From Protoeuglena noctilucae (lineage: Eukaryota): 64,000 nucleotides of DNA. Of this stretch, positions 63,001 through 64,000 are shown piece by piece. The notes under the pieces were generated by a model. It worked only from the letters and a program-made list of their open reading frames with translations, did no database searches and was not told where the DNA came from. A program made the position numbers and the translations under genes. Where the stretch lies: assembly GCA_958009085.1 (NCBI GenBank), contig OY253679.1, forward strand, positions 186,001-250,000. Reading direction: 5' to 3'. The first letter of the stretch is position 1. Every line of letters starts with the position of its first letter.

Positions 63001-64000
63001 AGGCGGCGTCGTCGCGCATCAACCGCCGCACGGTGGGGGAGGCCAGCGCCACGGACTTCCGGGGCGTGTTGCCGGAGGACCTGCCACTGTCCATCAGGTG
63101 AGGGATTAGTGATGTTAGTCACCGTCTGATGCTAGTCATGCTTGTGACTTCCGGGGGGTGCTACCGGAGGACCTGCCTTTGTCTATTAGGTGAGGGATGC
63201 GTAAGATTTGTGATGCTATGCTCATGAAGAGCAACCTGCTTCGTAGGACACTGACATGCCACTCCCGCAATCATTGCCAACCTCCGTCCCGCCCTATCGA
63301 CACCAGTGCTCAGCACACTCATACCACCCTTCACCCCACCCCCTCGCAGGGAGACGGAGGCCGAGCACGCCCGCCGCGGCGACTTCGTCCGCGCATTCCC
63401 CAGGGAGGACGACCCCGACCGCAACCATGACCTCTTCGACACGCCGCGGTACGAGAACGAGCTGGTCCGCGCGTGGCTGCACCACAAGCGGGGCCTGCTA
63501 ATGCGGTATGGCACGGTCGACCCACGGGAGCTGCCCAGGGGGCACCCGGACCGGGTGGCCACGAGGAGGGCGATAGGTGAGGTGCTGTGTACGAGTGGAG
63601 ATGAGAGAGGGGTGGCGATGTGCAGGGCGCTTGGTGAGGGTTGCGTGCACTGGGTTGAGATGTGCTAAGAGTGAGTTTACATGTGAGGGGCGCAGGGCGA
63701 CCAACTCATCACTGACTCATGTCACTACACCTAAGTGTTCTCATTTAATATACAACGTGCATGCTCTCCTCATGCCTGCAGGCTGCCCCCCCAGCCCAGG
63801 CGCCCCCGCCTCCCCGTCCCGAGCATCCAGCACCACACACGGCCCATCATCGACCGCCACGACCCTCGCGGCGCCCATGCCAGCGCCCGCCAGCGCCGAC
63901 GGCACCGCCCGGAGTCGCCAGGCATCAATCACAACGCCGAGCGTCGCACGTGACAGCGCAGACCACATCGGCATAACACCGCCGTCAGAACCCCAACCAC
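60050..64000 (+). CDS. Tubulin-tyrosine ligase-like polyglutamylase (TTLL4/5-like); start approximate, runs off the window
   Basis: [123 protein letters not shown]. Confidence 0.93.

Overview
Eukaryotic, very GC-rich, intron-dense nuclear DNA, most consistent with a flagellated green alga (chlorophyte). Support: a plastid Delta-4 desaturase, SirB, a prephenate aminotransferase, LCI1-like proteins, CFAP70, a TTLL and TGTAA poly(A)-type signals. Most entries in the ORF track are GC-rich artefacts; the real genes had to be stitched across introns by hand, so exon limits are approximate and family names come from motif recall, not from database searches. About 17 spliced genes are present: an atypical adenylate kinase, an L18a-like membrane protein, PAT, an SLC38/AVT-type transporter, taxilin, an ISS1/VAS1 aminotransferase, a large unknown protein, SirB, two LCI1-like paralogs, an R2R3-MYB, two tandem CNNM/DUF21-CBS genes, a Delta-4 desaturase, CFAP70, an acylated SAM-like protein and a TTLL. 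Two intronless, frameshifted islands also occur (F-box/ankyrin and a helicase-associated-like repeat). The strongest unexplained signal is a recurrent set of intronic 'exon echoes': 20-60 nt copies of an exon end, usually with its splice site, lying in the adjacent intron. They occur in at least 6 unrelated genes and often differ from the real exon almost only at synonymous positions. Also notable: about 14 GC-AG introns out of roughly 110, an in-frame TAG at a conserved Trp in one LCI1-like paralog, a 349-bp perfectly identical tract between diverged CNNM paralogs, and G-rich-to-C-rich polarity in long introns. No rRNA, tRNA, CRISPR array or intact transposon was recognised.
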